DNA of 64,000 nucleotides from an uncultured delta proteobacterium (GTDB lineage Bacteria; Myxococcota; Kuafuiibacteriia; Kuafuiibacteriales; Kuafuiibacteriaceae): NCBI GenBank assembly GCA_963803435.1, contig CAWDML010000003.1, positions 576,001 to 640,000 of the forward strand, read 5' to 3'. Shown piece by piece: positions 61,762 to 64,000 of this stretch (position 1 is its first letter; each line of letters starts with the position of its first letter). The notes under the pieces were generated by a model. It saw only the letters and a program-made list of their open reading frames with translations, ran no database searches and was not told where the DNA came from. The position numbers and the translations under genes were made by a program.

Positions 61762-64000
61762 CTACAAGCACTCGGCCGTGTACTCGACGCGGATCATCGA
61801 TCCGGGCTCCGGAACCGCGAACGGGCTGAAGTTGATCGCGTTCGTGCCGAAGTCATACGTCCAGTTCACCGTGCCGCCCGGCGAAACGGCCGGGAGGAGC
61901 ACACCGTCGATGTACACCTCGATCGTGGCGATCACGGGCTGATTGGTGAGGAAGAAGCGTGATTTGAAGCCGAACGCCGTCGTGGAGAGGTCCTCGAGGG
62001 CGTGAGACCAGTCGCTGGTGCACACCGACTGGAACACACCGCCGGTCCGGTTGGCGGTCGCGACGTAGCGCGAGCCGCTGGAGGCGGTGGCGCAACCGCC
62101 GGGATCGTCTCCCACGATCGCCGACGCCGAGAACAGGTTGGTGTTCCGGAAGCCTTTGATCGAGAGGAAGAAGTTCACGTAGAAGTCGAGCGCCTGGGGC
62201 GACTGGTCCTCTTCGTCGGAGATGAAGATGATCGACAGCACCGCGTCGGGACGGAGGAATCCCGCATTGTCGCTGAAGATCAGCGGGTTCGAGAGGGCCT
62301 CGTAGGCGCCCTCGAGGCCCTGCTCGAAGGCGCTCCCGTTGATGCCTCGCTGGATGTTGAGCGCGAAGAGGGACTCGGGGGACGGCAGCGACTGGGGCGT
62401 CACGACCTTGTTCGCGACCGGCCCGGCGAACGGCGTATCCGGCCCAGTGGCGTGGACCAGGCGGCCCATCTCACCGCCCAGATCCACGTCGGTGGTGGTG
62501 ACGCCGAGCTGATAGTCGAGGCCCTGGCTGTCCGCGAACTGGATGAACGCCTGGAAGTTCGAGGCGATCGACGTCTGCTCCTCGGACATGGAGCAGCTGT
62601 TGTCCATGACGAAGAGGATGTCGACCTTGGGCTTGCCGAGCTGCTCGAACTCGTCGATTTGGGTGGCGTCGATGGAACCGGCGCCCGCGAGGCTGACGAT
62701 GTACGTGACCGGCTGGCCGGCGAACTGACCTGTGATCTCGACTGCGCCTGCATAGGCGGAGATCGCGGCGGCCCGGAAGCCGACGTCGAAGGTGGTGGAG
62801 CCGCCGGGGGCCAGATCGAGCGGGCTACCGTTGAGCGGCGAGGGGAGGTTGGTCACGGTGAACGCGGTGGCGTTGCCGGTGATGGCGATGCTGTCGATCC
62901 GCGCGCTGCTCGAGCCCGTGTTGTAGATGGTGATCGTTCGGGCGCGCGCCGAGCAACCGACCCCGATCGTGCCGAAGTCGATGTCACGCGGAACGATCAG
63001 CAGCGTGGCGTCGGCGCCGGTACCCGACAGGTTGACGGTGTTGAACGGGCTGGTCGGGCTCGAGATCGAGAACTCGACCATGCCGCTGTTGTTCCCGAGC
63101 ATCTGCGGCGCGTACTCGAGGCGGATCGTGTAGGCGGACCCGGGCGGGACCAGGGCCGAGGTCACGTCGCCGTCGGGCAGCGAGAACTCCTGATCGGAGC
63201 CAGGCACCATGCGGGCCGACGTCACCAGGCAGTCGTCCTGCCCGGTGTTCCGGATCTCGAACGAGCGGCTGACGTTGCGACCGCGCTCGACCACGCCGAA
63301 GTTGAGCTGCTCCGGGTTCACCTCGAAGCTGCAGGGCGGAAGGCTGACGCCCTCGCCGACGAGGGTGACGGTGACCTCGGGCTCGTCCTGATCGTTGCTG
63401 CGGATGAGGAGCGTCGATTGGATGGGGCCGACCACGATGGGCTGGAACTCGACGGTGATGTCGAGGAAGTCGCCGACGGCCAGCAGTGCCCCAGCGGCGG
63501 TGGGTGCGGTGAACGCTCCGGTACCGGCGCCGTCCACGACGATCTCGCGGACCTCGAGGGGCTGGAAGCCCACGTTCTGCACGGTGACCGTGCGCCGCGA
63601 GGGGGCGATCAGCGAGACCAGGCCGAAGTTGAGGGTGGTGGGCAGGACGTCGATGTCCGGTCCGCCGCCGGTGCCGGTCAGCTCGACCACGATCGTCTTG
63701 AGCCGGACGTCGGGGTTGTCGGTCTCGATCTGGAGCTCGCCAGAGTCTTCACCGAGGCTGTCGGGGCAGTAGGTGACGTCGACGTCGACGCTGTCACCCT
63801 CGTCGAGGACCTGCACCTGGGGCTGCGCGGCGTCGTAGTCGGGGCTGGACTGCTGGCCGATCACCCAATCGATCACCGTGACCTGCTCGTTCGCGATGTT
63901 CTCGCAGCTCACCGTCCGCGTCAGGCAGGAGCCCGGGTTGACCTGGCCGAAGTCGAGGGCGGGCGGCGTGCAACGGAAGCCTTGCTCGATCCCGATCCCG
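61762..64000 (-). CDS. Large surface protein with tandem Ig-like (ASPM-SPD2-Hydin/choice-of-anchor D) repeats and VWA domain; N-terminus outside the window
   Basis: Repeated L-x-FG-x-V...I-x-N-x-G units; DILFVMDNSCSM, GVTTTD, ISDEEDQS VWA motifs. Confidence 0.85.
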   Translation of the reverse strand, partial: GIGIEQGFRCTPPALDFGQVNPGSCLTRTVSCENIANEQVTVIDWVIGQQSSPDYDAAQPQVQVLDEGDSVDVDVTYCPDSLGEDSGELQIETDNPDVRLKTIVVELTGTGGGPDIDVLPTTLNFGLVSLIAPSRRTVTVQNVGFQPLEVREIVVDGAGTGAFTAPTAAGALLAVGDFLDITVEFQPIVVGPIQSTLLIRSNDQDEPEVTVTLVGEGVSLPPCSFEVNPEQLNFGVVERGRNVSRSFEIRNTGQDDCLVTSARMVPGSDQEFSLPDGDVTSALVPPGSAYTIRLEYAPQMLGNNSGMVEFSISSPTSPFNTVNLSGTGADATLLIVPRDIDFGTIGVGCSARARTITIYNTGSSSARIDSIAITGNATAFTVTNLPSPLNGSPLDLAPGGSTTFDVGFRAAAISAYAGAVEITGQFAGQPVTYIVSLAGAGSIDATQIDEFEQLGKPKVDILFVMDNSCSMSEEQTSIASNFQAFIQFADSQGLDYQLGVTTTDVDLGGEMGRLVHATGPDTPFAGPVANKVVTPQSLPSPESLFALNIQRGINGSAFEQGLEGAYEALSNPLIFSDNAGFLRPDAVLSIIFISDEEDQSPQALDFYVNFFLSIKGFRNTNLFSASAIVGDDPGGCATASSGSRYVATANRTGGVFQSVCTSDWSHALEDLSTTAFGFKSRFFLTNQPVIATIEVYIDGVLLPAVSPGGTVNWTYDFGTNAINFSPFAVPEPGSMIRVEYTAECL

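Overview
High-GC window from a myxobacterium-like (Myxococcota) chromosome; the taxon is inferred from gene content. Housekeeping genes include the end of the dcw cluster (murG-murC-ftsQ-ftsA-ftsZ), a Tgl-like TPR gene, recO, a fused glyQS, pfkA, pheST, merR, ihfA, an isolated nuoN and two tRNAs (Cys-GCA, Arg-CCG). Signalling and surface genes include Ser/Thr kinases, sigma54 activators, a diadenylate cyclase and Cys-rich/VWA surface proteins, alongside a GABA-catabolic cluster and a small inverted-repeat-bounded mobile remnant. The strongest candidate for an undescribed system is the operon at 11.1-19.5 kb. It encodes a sensor-less sigma54 activator, two SCP2-like proteins, a ~730-aa protein with a possible His phospho-acceptor domain, a SycD/LcrH-like TPR chaperone, and a PPDK paralogue with a ~118-aa N-terminal extension whose ATP-grasp and phospho-His domains are intact but whose pyruvate site has degenerated. 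A second theme is GATC. All four apparent frameshifts sit at GAWTC (GATC plus one base), and a dense GATC cluster lies upstream of ftsQAZ. Family assignments come from motif recognition by eye; no database searches were run.
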